DNA of 64,000 bases. Source: an uncultured Acidobacteriota bacterium (GTDB taxonomy: Bacteria > Acidobacteriota > UBA6911 > RPQK01 > JAPXNP01). Each line of letters opens with the position of its first letter. Positions within the stretch are counted from its first letter, which is position 1. Shown piece after piece: positions 19,691 through 28,852 of this stretch. The notes beneath the pieces are model-generated. The model did no database searches. It had not been told where the DNA came from and saw nothing but the letters and a program-made list of their open reading frames with translations. Location of the stretch: the NCBI GenBank assembly GCA_963777605.1, contig CAVZRV010000011.1, positions 320,001 through 384,000 on the forward strand. Direction: 5' to 3'. Made by a program: the position numbers and the translations under genes.

Positions 19691-20692
19691 CTAATCATCG
19701 GGGGACAGCCAGCGGGTAGCCGCCCGAAGGGATTGCCAGACCGAACGCATTGCCGATCCCAGCCCCCCCTTCGCGGCTCCTCCGGCTTCTTGGCCGGCGG
19801 TGGAAAGCGCTGAACGGGTCTGGGCATCAGTGACCATCAGCGACTCGATCGTTCGGTTGCCGGCCAGCAGAAACGCCTTGGTCGGTGGAAGCGAACCGTT
19901 CATAAACTCGGCTTCTGACATGCCCAGTCGAGAAAACGGCTCCAGGCTGGTGTCATCGAAATCGGCCTTCAACTTGGATGGGAGCGGCCATCCCGGACCG
20001 TTGATCCAGAGGGCCCCGTTCATGGGACTGGCCGGCTCGCCGATGTTGACGACTCCACGGGTCGGAAGCGCTTTCATGTCGTCGCACCGGTCGCCGCCAC
20101 AGCCGATCTTGCTGCACAGTTCCCGAGAGAGAAATGAAGCGTGCTTGCCCTGAGATATCCAGACTTTGGGTCCGCGGGTTTCGGCCTGAACAGCTTCCGA
20201 CCGGGCTGCATTACTGGCGTCGCACAGGGTGCCTTCGTGAGCAGCGGCATACCAGTAGACCGCTTTCCAGGCTTCAGGTGATGAATCCGCCACATCCGCC
20301 CGCACCAGCGCCGACACGTATTCGGCGTCGAGCCGGTGGCCGAAGCTGCCGCAGTCTCTTGCCCAGAGGTGGTAGTAGTGGATTTCTACGAAAGAGCCGT
20401 CCAACCCAACCGGCTTCGCCGGAAACGCCTGTCCGTAGATAGTGCCATTCGCCGCCACGGCAACCGGCCGCTCCAACCCGGTGCCAAACTCGGACGGCTG
20501 TCCAGCGCACTCAGATCGACTTACCTGGAAAGTGGGTTCGAATCGGTCCAGAAGGACCTGTTCCAGCGCATCATCCAGGCCGTCGCCGTCAAGGTCGCTG
20601 TTGCCACCAGGAAATCCGGCGGTGGCGGACGGCATCGAGAGCCCGAGAAGAGTGAACAGGAGGAGAAGAGTTGGTGCCAGCCTGAATTCCAT
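19691..20692 (-). CDS. secreted Cys-rich hypothetical protein with NLP/NPP1- or Vps62-like motifs
   Basis: Signal peptide; DLDGDGLDD Ca-loop; RFEPTF, GTIYGQ, IHYYHLWARDCGSFGHRLDAEYV, YAAAHEG, PKVWISQGKHAS. The gene call is solid; the family call is inferred. Confidence 0.75.
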   Translation of the reverse strand: MEFRLAPTLLLLFTLLGLSMPSATAGFPGGNSDLDGDGLDDALEQVLLDRFEPTFQVSRSECAGQPSEFGTGLERPVAVAANGTIYGQAFPAKPVGLDGSFVEIHYYHLWARDCGSFGHRLDAEYVSALVRADVADSSPEAWKAVYWYAAAHEGTLCDASNAARSEAVQAETRGPKVWISQGKHASFLSRELCSKIGCGGDRCDDMKALPTRGVVNIGEPASPMNGALWINGPGWPLPSKLKADFDDTSLEPFSRLGMSEAEFMNGSLPPTKAFLLAGNRTIESLMVTDAQTRSALSTAGQEAGGAAKGGLGSAMRSVWQSLRAATRWLSPDD

Positions 20693-20873
20693 CTCGATCC
20701 ATCATACCCTGTCACCATCCACGCCCCTGCCAGAGAGTGAAACTCGCGACGGGCGATCCAACCTTAACCTGCATTTCTCACCAGGGATCCGAAGGTTTCC
20801 TGTGTCTTGAACCGAAAGAACCGTGGCGACCTTGGCAACTTCGCGTTTGAACCGAGGGATTCGGAATGAAATC

Positions 20874-21974
20874 TCAGGATCCAGGGGTTTTCAGGGCGCC
20901 CGACCGTCTCCAGGCTTCGAGTTGGCGCTCGACCGAAGCCCGATGTTCGGCCGACGGCTCCAACTGCAGGTACCGTTCGAGGCAAGTCGAGGCGGCCGTA
21001 ACGTCTCCCATCCGGGCGAAGAGCATCCCCAGATGGAGAAGGGCAATCGGGTACTCCTCCACCTTGCCAATTGCTTCCAGTCTCCCGAGGGCCTCATGAC
21101 TGCGGGCGAAGTCGCCCTCGTAATAGAGTGCCAGTCCCAGGTAGAGAAGTCCCCGGGGCACCTCCGACTGGATTCCCAGTGCCTGATGGGAACGAGCTCG
21201 AGCGGTCTCCCAGTCCTGCTCTTCGATTGCGATCTCGGCCAGCCCCAGACAGGGGCCGAGCCGGTCGGCATCGAGTTCGGCCGCCTTTTCGTAAGCCTTC
21301 TTGGCCTCAGCGACATGTTGCTCCTCAATATGGAGGTTTCCGAGAAGTTCCCAGGCATCGGCGTAGTCAGGATAGCTCTTGACGGCGTCCTCGAGTGCTC
21401 TGCGTCCTTTCTTCCGGTCGGGCTTTTCCTGGGAGAGGAATTCCAGCGCCCTGTTGAATTTCTCCCGGGCCTCGGCCGGGATACTCGCGTCCACGGTCCC
21501 TCCGACCGCAGACCGCCTGCTGACCAGGATCTCGCCCACATCCGGGTCATCCAGGAGTCCCCGGATTCCGAGCTTGATGTTCGTGGCGCTGTAGGTGGGG
21601 TTGGGGCCGAGGCGAATCAGACAATCGTCCAGGTAGACACGTCCCAGCAGAACTTTGAACCCGTCAGGGTTCCAGGCATTCTGGGCAAACGTCTCCGTCA
21701 GGCCACCGGTTGTGGGGGAGGAGGAAGCGTCACCCACGCCCTGTGTCTGTTTGCGGCTCCCGAGGTCGAAACTGAAAACCCCTTTTTCGTTGGGGTTCGA
21801 CTGGCGAACAACCTTGCCGTCACAGACCAGCTCAACCCGGAAATTCGGTGAAGGAGTGGAACCGTCCTCCATGACCACCCGACCGATAAGGTAGAGAACC
21901 GTGTCCTGTTGCGCGGGCAAGGGGCTCACCAGCAGCACGAGAACGGTGAAGAAACCGACGAACCTGGGAAGCAT
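20874..21974 (-). CDS. secreted tetratricopeptide-repeat protein
   Basis: Signal MLPRFVGFFTVLVLL; N-terminal beta domain (IGRVVMEDG); TPRs (YPDYADAWELLG, AYEKAAELD, YLQLEP). Confidence 0.82.
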   Translation of the reverse strand: MLPRFVGFFTVLVLLVSPLPAQQDTVLYLIGRVVMEDGSTPSPNFRVELVCDGKVVRQSNPNEKGVFSFDLGSRKQTQGVGDASSSPTTGGLTETFAQNAWNPDGFKVLLGRVYLDDCLIRLGPNPTYSATNIKLGIRGLLDDPDVGEILVSRRSAVGGTVDASIPAEAREKFNRALEFLSQEKPDRKKGRRALEDAVKSYPDYADAWELLGNLHIEEQHVAEAKKAYEKAAELDADRLGPCLGLAEIAIEEQDWETARARSHQALGIQSEVPRGLLYLGLALYYEGDFARSHEALGRLEAIGKVEEYPIALLHLGMLFARMGDVTAASTCLERYLQLEPSAEHRASVERQLEAWRRSGALKTPGS

Positions 21975-21996
21975 TCCGACCTCCTGACATGTCTGA

Positions 21997-22720
21997 TTAT
22001 ACCCGGTGGGAGCGCCAGAGGAGGTTGTGGGGCGTGACGGTAGGGCCGACGACTTCCACGACCTCGGTAGCGTAGCCGGCTGCTTCGAGGCGCCAGGTCC
22101 GTTCGGCATCGACCCAGGCCTGGAGGAAACGCCACCGCACCGGGGCCTGGGATGGAATCCCAAGGCGTTCGGCCGCGGCTTCAGCCTTCGCAAAGGCAGG
22201 AACCCGGCGACTGGTGCAGCAGGGAACGAGCAGCAGGACCCGGGCCCCGGCCGCGGCGGCCTGGTCGATGATGCTGTCCGAAGCGGGGCCGCAGGCGTGG
22301 AGAGCAGCGACAATCGATGGCCGAGTTGGGCCACCTGAGTGGATCGGCGACGTCCCCGGCGACCAGATCGACCGGGACTCGCGTCCCCAGCCGTTCGAGT
22401 CCCCGGCGACTCTTCTCCACCCGATCGGGGTCAGCTTCGATCGTGACCACCCTTGCCGGCCGATCCTCCGGTTCAAAAAGCAGCTTGGCGGCAAGCAGAC
22501 CGACGTAGGACTTGCCCGCCGCAGCGTCCACAAGGGTCAACTCGGCCCGCCTGGACAGCCTTCGCGCTGCAAGTTCGATCTCGTCGAGCATGGCCGTCAC
22601 CTGGACCGCTTTTCTGTGGTCCTCCTGCCGGAGCGAGGCCTCGTCGGTTGCCACGTAGATCTCATGGAGCCAACGCTCCACCTCGTTCAGTCGACTCACT
22701 GCGTTCTCAGTCTCCGCCAT
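21997..22720 (-). CDS. class I SAM-dependent methyltransferase (Methyltransf_32-like), +1 frameshift at ~22328-22330
   Basis: LVDAAAGKSYVG in ORF 22181-22720, and ALHACG...LVPCC...DAER...GY...TPHNL in ORF 21997-22533; joined by deleting one base. Confidence 0.8.
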
Positions 22721-22855
22721 TGTTGCGGCGACAGCAACTAACGACTGTTGCAGACCTGCACGGCTATGGTACCGTCTTGCACACTTGTAGGCCCGAGTTG
22801 ATCATTCTATGGGAAATCGGTCCGGTTTCCCGCACAGGTGCAAGAGGTGAGCGGT

Positions 22856-24478
22856 ATGGTCTGGACGGTAGTCTCGTTTCTCTTGTTCACACTGCTCGTC
22901 GGCGTGATTTCCTACTGGAAAACGCGCCACGACGAAATGGATACTTCAGAAGGGTATTTCCTGGCCGGGCGAACCCTGACCGCATGGGTGATCGCCGGCT
23001 CCCTGATGCTCACGAACCTCTCAACCGAACACCTGATCGGCCTCAACGGCGACTCGTTTAAACACACCATCGCCGTCACCGCCTGGGAGACTACGGCGGC
23101 TCTCGCCATGGTCTTGACGGCACTCTACTTTCTGCCCCGTTACCTGAAAAGCGGCTTTGCCACGATTCCCCAGTTCCTCGCCGACCGTTATGACGAGCCG
23201 ACCCGGATTATCGCCACAACCCTGTTCCTGCTGTCCTACGTTGCAGCCATCCTCCCGGTGGTCCTGCTCTTTGGAGCGACCGGTTTGCAGAGCCTTTTCG
23301 AGGTCACGCACAACCTCGGGATCACCGAAAACCAGGCCACCTGGCTCATCGTGTGGGGCGTGGGGACGATCGGATCACTCTACGCCATTTTTGGGGGCCT
23401 GAAGGCGGTCGCCATATCCGACACCGTCAACGGAGTTGGATTCCTGATCGCCGGATTGCTGGTGCCGATTCTGGCCCTCATCATGATCGGACACGGTAAT
23501 CCCTGGACCGGACTGACCGAGGTCTACACCCAGGAGCACGCCAAGTTCGACATCACCGGTGACGAACCGGGATCCTTTCTCCCGATCGGAGTGCTGTTCA
23601 CCGGAATGATCGTCAACCAGATCTTCTTCTGGTGCACCAACCAGTCAATCATTCAGCGGAGCCTGGGAGCAAAGAGCCTGGCAGAAGGGCAGAAAGGAGT
23701 CCTCATTGCAGCCGGCTTCAAGCTTCTCGGCCCCCTCGTGATCGTCCTGCCCGGCGTCCTTGCCTATCACATGTTCAAGAATCAGCTTTCCCCGGATGAT
23801 TACCTGATGGCCTACCCGATGCTGGTCAAGACCGTTCTGCCCCCTGCCCTGACCGGATTCTTTGCGGCCGTCATGGTTGGAGCTGTCCTGAGCACCTTCA
23901 ACAGCGTGCTCAACAGTTCGGCGACCCTCTTCAGCCAGGGGATCTATCAGACCCTGATCAACCGGGACGCCACCGAACACCAGATGGTCGTTTCGGGACG
24001 TCTCTGCAGCATCGTGCTGGCCGTCGCCGCAATGGCGGTCGCTCCGCTAATCGACACCTCCGGGAGCCTCTACAACTATCTGCAGAAGGTCAACGCCACC
24101 TTTTTCGGCCCGATGCTGGCGGTAATCCTGCTCGGCCTGCTGACCCGCCGGGTTTCCGCGCTGGCGGCCAAGGTCGGCCTGATCGTCGGCCCCATCATCT
24201 TCTATCTCCTGGTGTTCTCATTTGGAGACAACGTCCAGTTCTTTCTGATGCACGTGGTGGGATTCAGCGAGGAGGTTCATTTCCTGCATTTCCTGGCCCT
24301 GATCTTTGTGCTGACGGTGGCTCTCATGTTCATCATCAGCTACTTCAGGCCGGCCGATCGCATCTACGAGCAGGTTTATACCCACGCGGTCGATCTGACG
24401 CCCTGGCGGCACGCCCGCAAGGTGGCTTTTGCAATCAGCGTGATTACGGTAGTCTGCTACCTGTTGCTGGCCCAGTGA
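22856..24478 (+). CDS. sodium:solute symporter (SSS), probably myo-inositol uptake
   Basis: GYFLAGR, SLMLTNLSTEHLIGLNG, GGLKAVAISD, WCTNQSIIQRSLGAK; first gene of the iol operon. Confidence 0.92.
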   Translation: MVWTVVSFLLFTLLVGVISYWKTRHDEMDTSEGYFLAGRTLTAWVIAGSLMLTNLSTEHLIGLNGDSFKHTIAVTAWETTAALAMVLTALYFLPRYLKSGFATIPQFLADRYDEPTRIIATTLFLLSYVAAILPVVLLFGATGLQSLFEVTHNLGITENQATWLIVWGVGTIGSLYAIFGGLKAVAISDTVNGVGFLIAGLLVPILALIMIGHGNPWTGLTEVYTQEHAKFDITGDEPGSFLPIGVLFTGMIVNQIFFWCTNQSIIQRSLGAKSLAEGQKGVLIAAGFKLLGPLVIVLPGVLAYHMFKNQLSPDDYLMAYPMLVKTVLPPALTGFFAAVMVGAVLSTFNSVLNSSATLFSQGIYQTLINRDATEHQMVVSGRLCSIVLAVAAMAVAPLIDTSGSLYNYLQKVNATFFGPMLAVILLGLLTRRVSALAAKVGLIVGPIIFYLLVFSFGDNVQFFLMHVVGFSEEVHFLHFLALIFVLTVALMFIISYFRPADRIYEQVYTHAVDLTPWRHARKVAFAISVITVVCYLLLAQ

Positions 24479-24501
24479 ACGACAGTCTCAATCAGGCACC
24501 T

Positions 24502-25455
24502 ATGAAGAACCAACTCGAACAGATGTACCGTGCTGCCTACGGGCAATTCGCGGTCGGCGCCTTTAACGTCTTTTGTGCAGAGCAACTCCAGGGCATATTC
24601 CTGGGAGCTCAGAGATCGCAGTCGCCAATTCTCGTCGCGATCACCCCGGCAGCCAGGCGATACCTTCGTCCCGATATTCTCGAAGGCCTGGTTCGCGGGG
24701 CCGCCAGGGCCTTCCCCGGTGTCGCTTATTCGGTTCACCTCGATCACGGCGACCACGAGCATTGTCTCGATGCCATTCAAAGCGGTTTCTACTCCTCGGT
24801 CATGATCGATGCGTCCCGCCTTGCCTTCGAAGAGAACGTTGCCGCCACCCGTGCCGTCGTGGTGGAAGCCCACGCACGAGGCATCCTCGTTGAAGCCGAA
24901 CTCGGAGTGCTGAGCGGGGTAGAAGACCACATTTCGGTAGAATCGAGGAAAGCTCGATTTACGAACCCGGAGCGGGCTGTCGAATTCGTCGAACGAACCG
25001 GTTGCGACAGCCTGGCAGTGGCTATCGGGACCAGTCACGGGGCTTACAAGTTCTCCGGTGAAGCCCGACTGGAAATGGAGATCCTCGACCGGATCCGGCA
25101 AGGACTCCAGGGATTTCCGCTGGTCCTCCACGGTGCATCGGCGGTGCCTCAAGAAGAGGTTCAGCGGATCAACGAGGCCGGAGGCCGGTTGATGCTGGGG
25201 GCCTCAGGCGTGCCGGAAGAACAAATCCGGCAGGCTGTCGAACTGGGCGTCTGCAAGATCAACATCGCAACGGACATGCGGTTGATGTGGGCGCGCGTTC
25301 ATCGCGAATTCTTCCTCCAGTACCCGGATCAGTTCGACCTCACGGCTCCCGGGAAGGAGTACATCGAGGCTCTCGCCGCATTCGTGGCTGAGAAATGTAC
25401 CATGCTCGGTTCCGCCGGAACCAGCAAGCGGATCTTCGAAGGAAAGCAGTCATGA
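24502..25455 (+). CDS. iolJ: class II fructose-bisphosphate aldolase family; by context IolJ (DKGP aldolase)
   Basis: AVGAFNV, HLDHG, SSVMIDAS, VEAELG, AIGTSHGAYK, LVLHGAS, KINIATD; lies inside the iol operon, so the symbol rests on context. Confidence 0.75.
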   Translation: MKNQLEQMYRAAYGQFAVGAFNVFCAEQLQGIFLGAQRSQSPILVAITPAARRYLRPDILEGLVRGAARAFPGVAYSVHLDHGDHEHCLDAIQSGFYSSVMIDASRLAFEENVAATRAVVVEAHARGILVEAELGVLSGVEDHISVESRKARFTNPERAVEFVERTGCDSLAVAIGTSHGAYKFSGEARLEMEILDRIRQGLQGFPLVLHGASAVPQEEVQRINEAGGRLMLGASGVPEEQIRQAVELGVCKINIATDMRLMWARVHREFFLQYPDQFDLTAPGKEYIEALAAFVAEKCTMLGSAGTSKRIFEGKQS

Positions 25456-26904
25456 AATACGGATTGACGAAGAATTTCGTCGGCGGTCGATTCGTCGATT
25501 CGGGCGCCGAGCAAATCGATCTTCTTTCCCCGCTCGACGGTTCGGCGATCGGGAAAGTGCCGCTTTCGGGCGGGGCCGAACTCGAGGAGGCGGTTGCGGC
25601 GGCACGCAAGGCACTTCCCTACTGGTCCGCGCTGACATTCAAGGCCCGATCAGAGGTCCTCTACAACTATCGTCAGGCGCTCAAGCAGAGGCGTGAAGAA
25701 CTGGCCGAAATCAACCACGTCGAGAACGGAAAGACCATCGGTGAGGCACGGGCCGGCATCGACAAGGCCGTCGAACTCACCGAATTCGCCTGCTCCATCC
25801 CTCAAATGGTCTCGGGACGGATCCAGGAGGTGAGCCGCGGGGTGACCTGCTGGGCGGAGCGGGTACCGGTTGGAATCGTGGCATCGATTACCCCCTTCAA
25901 CTTCCCGGTGATGGTGCCTCACTGGACCGTGCCGAACGCGATCGCTCTCGGCAACGCCATGATTCTCAAGCCATCCGAACTGACTCCGGTCTGTGCCCGG
26001 GTGATGGCCGAAATCTGGAAGGAGGCCGGCCTGCCGGACGGTATTTTTAACATTGTCAACGGCGGCCGGGCAGCGGTCGAAGCGATCTGTGATCACCCAG
26101 AAATCCGTGCCATTTCCTTCGTTGGCTCGACGGCCGTGGCCCAGCAGGTTTACCGTCGGGCCAGCAGTCACCTGAAGGCAGTTCTCGCGCTCGGAGGCGC
26201 CAAGAACCACCTGGTGCTGGCCCCGGACGCCCATCCTGAGATGGCGGCACGAGACATCCTGGCGTCTTTCACCGGGATGTCGGGGCAACGCTGCATGGCC
26301 GCTTCGGTGCTGATCTGCGTCGGGAACGTAGGCCACATTCTCGAGCAGGTTCGCGAGGGTGCCCGGAAAATGGTGCCTGGCCGGGACCTCCCTCCGCTGA
26401 TTACGGCCCAGGCCCTCCGCCGAATCCGGGACTACCTCGCAGCAGCCGAAAATGACGGAGCGAAGATCCTGGTAGATGGAAGGTCGTTTTCCGCCGATGG
26501 ACCGGAAGGCGGTTATTACATCGGTCCTTCGGTGATCGACTTCCGCGGCGCAGGGACCATGCCGCCGGAGGAGATATTCGGCCCAACCCTGGAGATTCTT
26601 GGGGCGAAAAATCTTGGCGGATGCTGTCGCCTTGCAACAGGCATCACCATTCGGCAACGCCGCCTCTATCTTCACCCAGAATGGGCGGTCTGCCCAGGAT
26701 GCGGTGAGACAGTTCAGCGCCGGTATGTGTGGCGTGAACATCGGCATTCCCGTTCCCCGGGAACCGTTCTCCTTTGGAGGCTGGAACGCTTCGAAATTCG
26801 GGACCGGAGACATCACGGGCGAGCCCTCGATCGACTTCTGGACCCGATTGAAAAAAGTAACCGTGAAATGGAACCCACAGGACAAGATGGACTGGATGAG
26901 CTGA
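25452..26904 (+). CDS. iolA: CoA-acylating (methyl)malonate-semialdehyde dehydrogenase, +1 frameshift at ~26613-26617
   Basis: ITPFNFP, LKPSE, FVGSTAVA, GGAKNH, GQRCMA, EEIFGP; the C-terminus FGNAASIFT...GVNIGIPVPREPFSFGGW is in ORF 26599-26904. Confidence 0.9.
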
Positions 26905-27794
26905 TGGAAACGAGACGACTGAGAATCAGACCGGAAAACACCAAAACGGGAGTCTATCAGGAGATTACACCGGACAAGGCAGGTTGGGATTCACTCTGCT
27001 TCCAGGCGCGCCGGATGAACGGCGGAGAGCGCTGGAACGGGAACACGGGTGATTCGGAATGGGCGATCGTCCTGCTGGGTGGATCCTTCTCGGTGCGTTC
27101 CTCGAGGGGCGAATGGAAGACCCAGGGGACTCGTAAGTCGGTTTTCTCGGGACTGCCCCACGCCCTCTACCTGCCGCCGGGGACCGAGTTCGAACTGGTC
27201 GCCGAGAGTTCTCTGCTCGACCTGGGCTGTGGCTCCTGTCGTGCCGACCGGGAGTTCCCGGCCCGGTTGATCATGCCGGACGAGGTTGAGGCGATGGGGA
27301 TCGAGATCCGGGGTGGAGACAACGCTACCCGCCAGATCAACAGCATCCTCCCTCCGGGCGCTCCCTGTAGCCGCCTGGTCTGTGTCGAGGTCTACACACC
27401 GGCCGGAAGCTGGAGTTCCTACCCACCCCACAAGCACGATCACCGAAAACTGGATGACGAAGGGAACCTGGTCGAGGCCTGTCTCGAAGAGACCTACTTT
27501 TACAAGATCGACAAGCCGGGAGGATTCGCCCTGCAGCGCGTCTACAGCAGAGATGACCGGCTGGACGAGGTCGTGGTCGCCGAGAACGATGACGTGGTCC
27601 TGGTCCCGTTCGGCTACCACCCGGTGGCGGCAGCCCCCGGCTACAACGTCTACTACCTGAACTTCCTGTCAGGGAGCGATCAGTCGCTGAAAGGCACCGA
27701 CGACCCGGACCATCGCTGGCTCCACTCTGCGTGGGACAGCCGGGACCCCCGGGTTCCGCTGGTCAACCGGGACATGAACAAGAAGGACTGTTGA
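26904..27794 (+). CDS. iolB: 5-deoxy-glucuronate isomerase
   Basis: METRRL...; VEVYTPAGSWSSYPPHKHD, LEETYF, GFALQRVY, VPFGYHP, YYLNFL. Confidence 0.93.
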   Translation: METRRLRIRPENTKTGVYQEITPDKAGWDSLCFQARRMNGGERWNGNTGDSEWAIVLLGGSFSVRSSRGEWKTQGTRKSVFSGLPHALYLPPGTEFELVAESSLLDLGCGSCRADREFPARLIMPDEVEAMGIEIRGGDNATRQINSILPPGAPCSRLVCVEVYTPAGSWSSYPPHKHDHRKLDDEGNLVEACLEETYFYKIDKPGGFALQRVYSRDDRLDEVVVAENDDVVLVPFGYHPVAAAPGYNVYYLNFLSGSDQSLKGTDDPDHRWLHSAWDSRDPRVPLVNRDMNKKDC

Positions 27795-27797
27795 GAT

Positions 27798-28814
27798 ATG
27801 AGCGATTCGCCTCAGTACGATGTGATCACTTACGGCCGGTCTTCGATTGACCTCTATTCCAACAACATCGGCGCGCCGTTCACGGAAATCCGGGAGTTCG
27901 GAGCTTTCGTGGGAGGATCACCGCTGAACATCGCCGTCGGCACGAGGCGACTCGGATTGAAGTCCGCCCTGCTGACCGGGGTGGGAGAGGACCAGGTCGG
28001 CAGGTTCGTCCTCAACTTCCTGGAAAAAGAAGGGGTCGGAACCCGCTACATCCCAAAGATCCGAGGGGCACGGACGAGCGCGGTCCTGCTCGGAATTGAA
28101 CCACCCGACCGGTTTCCTCTGGTTTACTACCGGGACAACTGTGCCGACTCCAAGGTGGGAATCGATGACGTGATGCGTGCCCCGATTGCGAAATCCCGTC
28201 TTTTCGAAGTCTCCGCGACGGCACTCAACGTGGAACCGTCCCGCTCGGCCGCGTTCTTTGGAGCGGAAGAAGCTACCCGTGCCGGGGTTCCGGTCCTGGT
28301 GGACCTCGACTTTCGGGCCGATCAATGGCACGACCCGCGGGCCTACGGGGTCGTCACGCGATCGTTCCTGCAATACTGCACGCTCGCCATCGGAACCGAA
28401 GAGGAAGTCCTGGCGACCATGCTCAAGGACCCCGCCCAGATCCGGATCACCCATCAGCAGATCTCCGCCCCCGAGATCCAGGGCGACATCGACGAATCGA
28501 TCGGTGAACTCCTCGGGGCGGGCCTCAAGGGCCTCATCGTCAAGAGAGGCGAAAAGGGTGCCTCGGTTTTTCTCGACGACGGCACCGTTCTGGATGTCCC
28601 CGGGTTTGCCGTGGAAGTCGTCAACGTCCTGGGGGCCGGGGACGCCTTCGCGAGCGGCTTGATTTTCGGCTATCTGGCGGGCTGGGATTGGTACAAAATA
28701 GTCCGGTTCGCGAATGCGTGCGGCGCCATTCTGGTCACTCGCCACGGATGCGCGAACTTCAACCCGACGCTGGCGGAGGTCGAGACCTTCATCGAAAGCA
28801 AAGGCGGGTTCTAG
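27798..28814 (+). CDS. iolC: 5-dehydro-2-deoxygluconokinase (PfkB family)
   Basis: GRSSIDLY, VGGSPLNIAVG, YYRDNCAD, DLDFR, GTEEE, GAGDAFASG. Confidence 0.93.
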   Translation: MSDSPQYDVITYGRSSIDLYSNNIGAPFTEIREFGAFVGGSPLNIAVGTRRLGLKSALLTGVGEDQVGRFVLNFLEKEGVGTRYIPKIRGARTSAVLLGIEPPDRFPLVYYRDNCADSKVGIDDVMRAPIAKSRLFEVSATALNVEPSRSAAFFGAEEATRAGVPVLVDLDFRADQWHDPRAYGVVTRSFLQYCTLAIGTEEEVLATMLKDPAQIRITHQQISAPEIQGDIDESIGELLGAGLKGLIVKRGEKGASVFLDDGTVLDVPGFAVEVVNVLGAGDAFASGLIFGYLAGWDWYKIVRFANACGAILVTRHGCANFNPTLAEVETFIESKGGF

Positions 28815-28852
28815 CGAGGTAACAGAAAACACAACCTTCGAGGAGTGTGAAG

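Noticed and set aside
20823-21851. Long antisense or overlapping ORFs (also 4354-5721, 14354-16225, 33418-34743, 37038-38120, 46681-47949 and others)
   Set aside because: In-frame shadows of well-supported genes, expected at high GC3; no recognisable motifs.
25395-27794. Apparent 799-aa IolA-IolB fusion in the ORF track
   Set aside because: Produced by the +1 frameshift at ~26615. The true IolA C-terminus is in another frame ending at 26904, where iolB has its own ATG.
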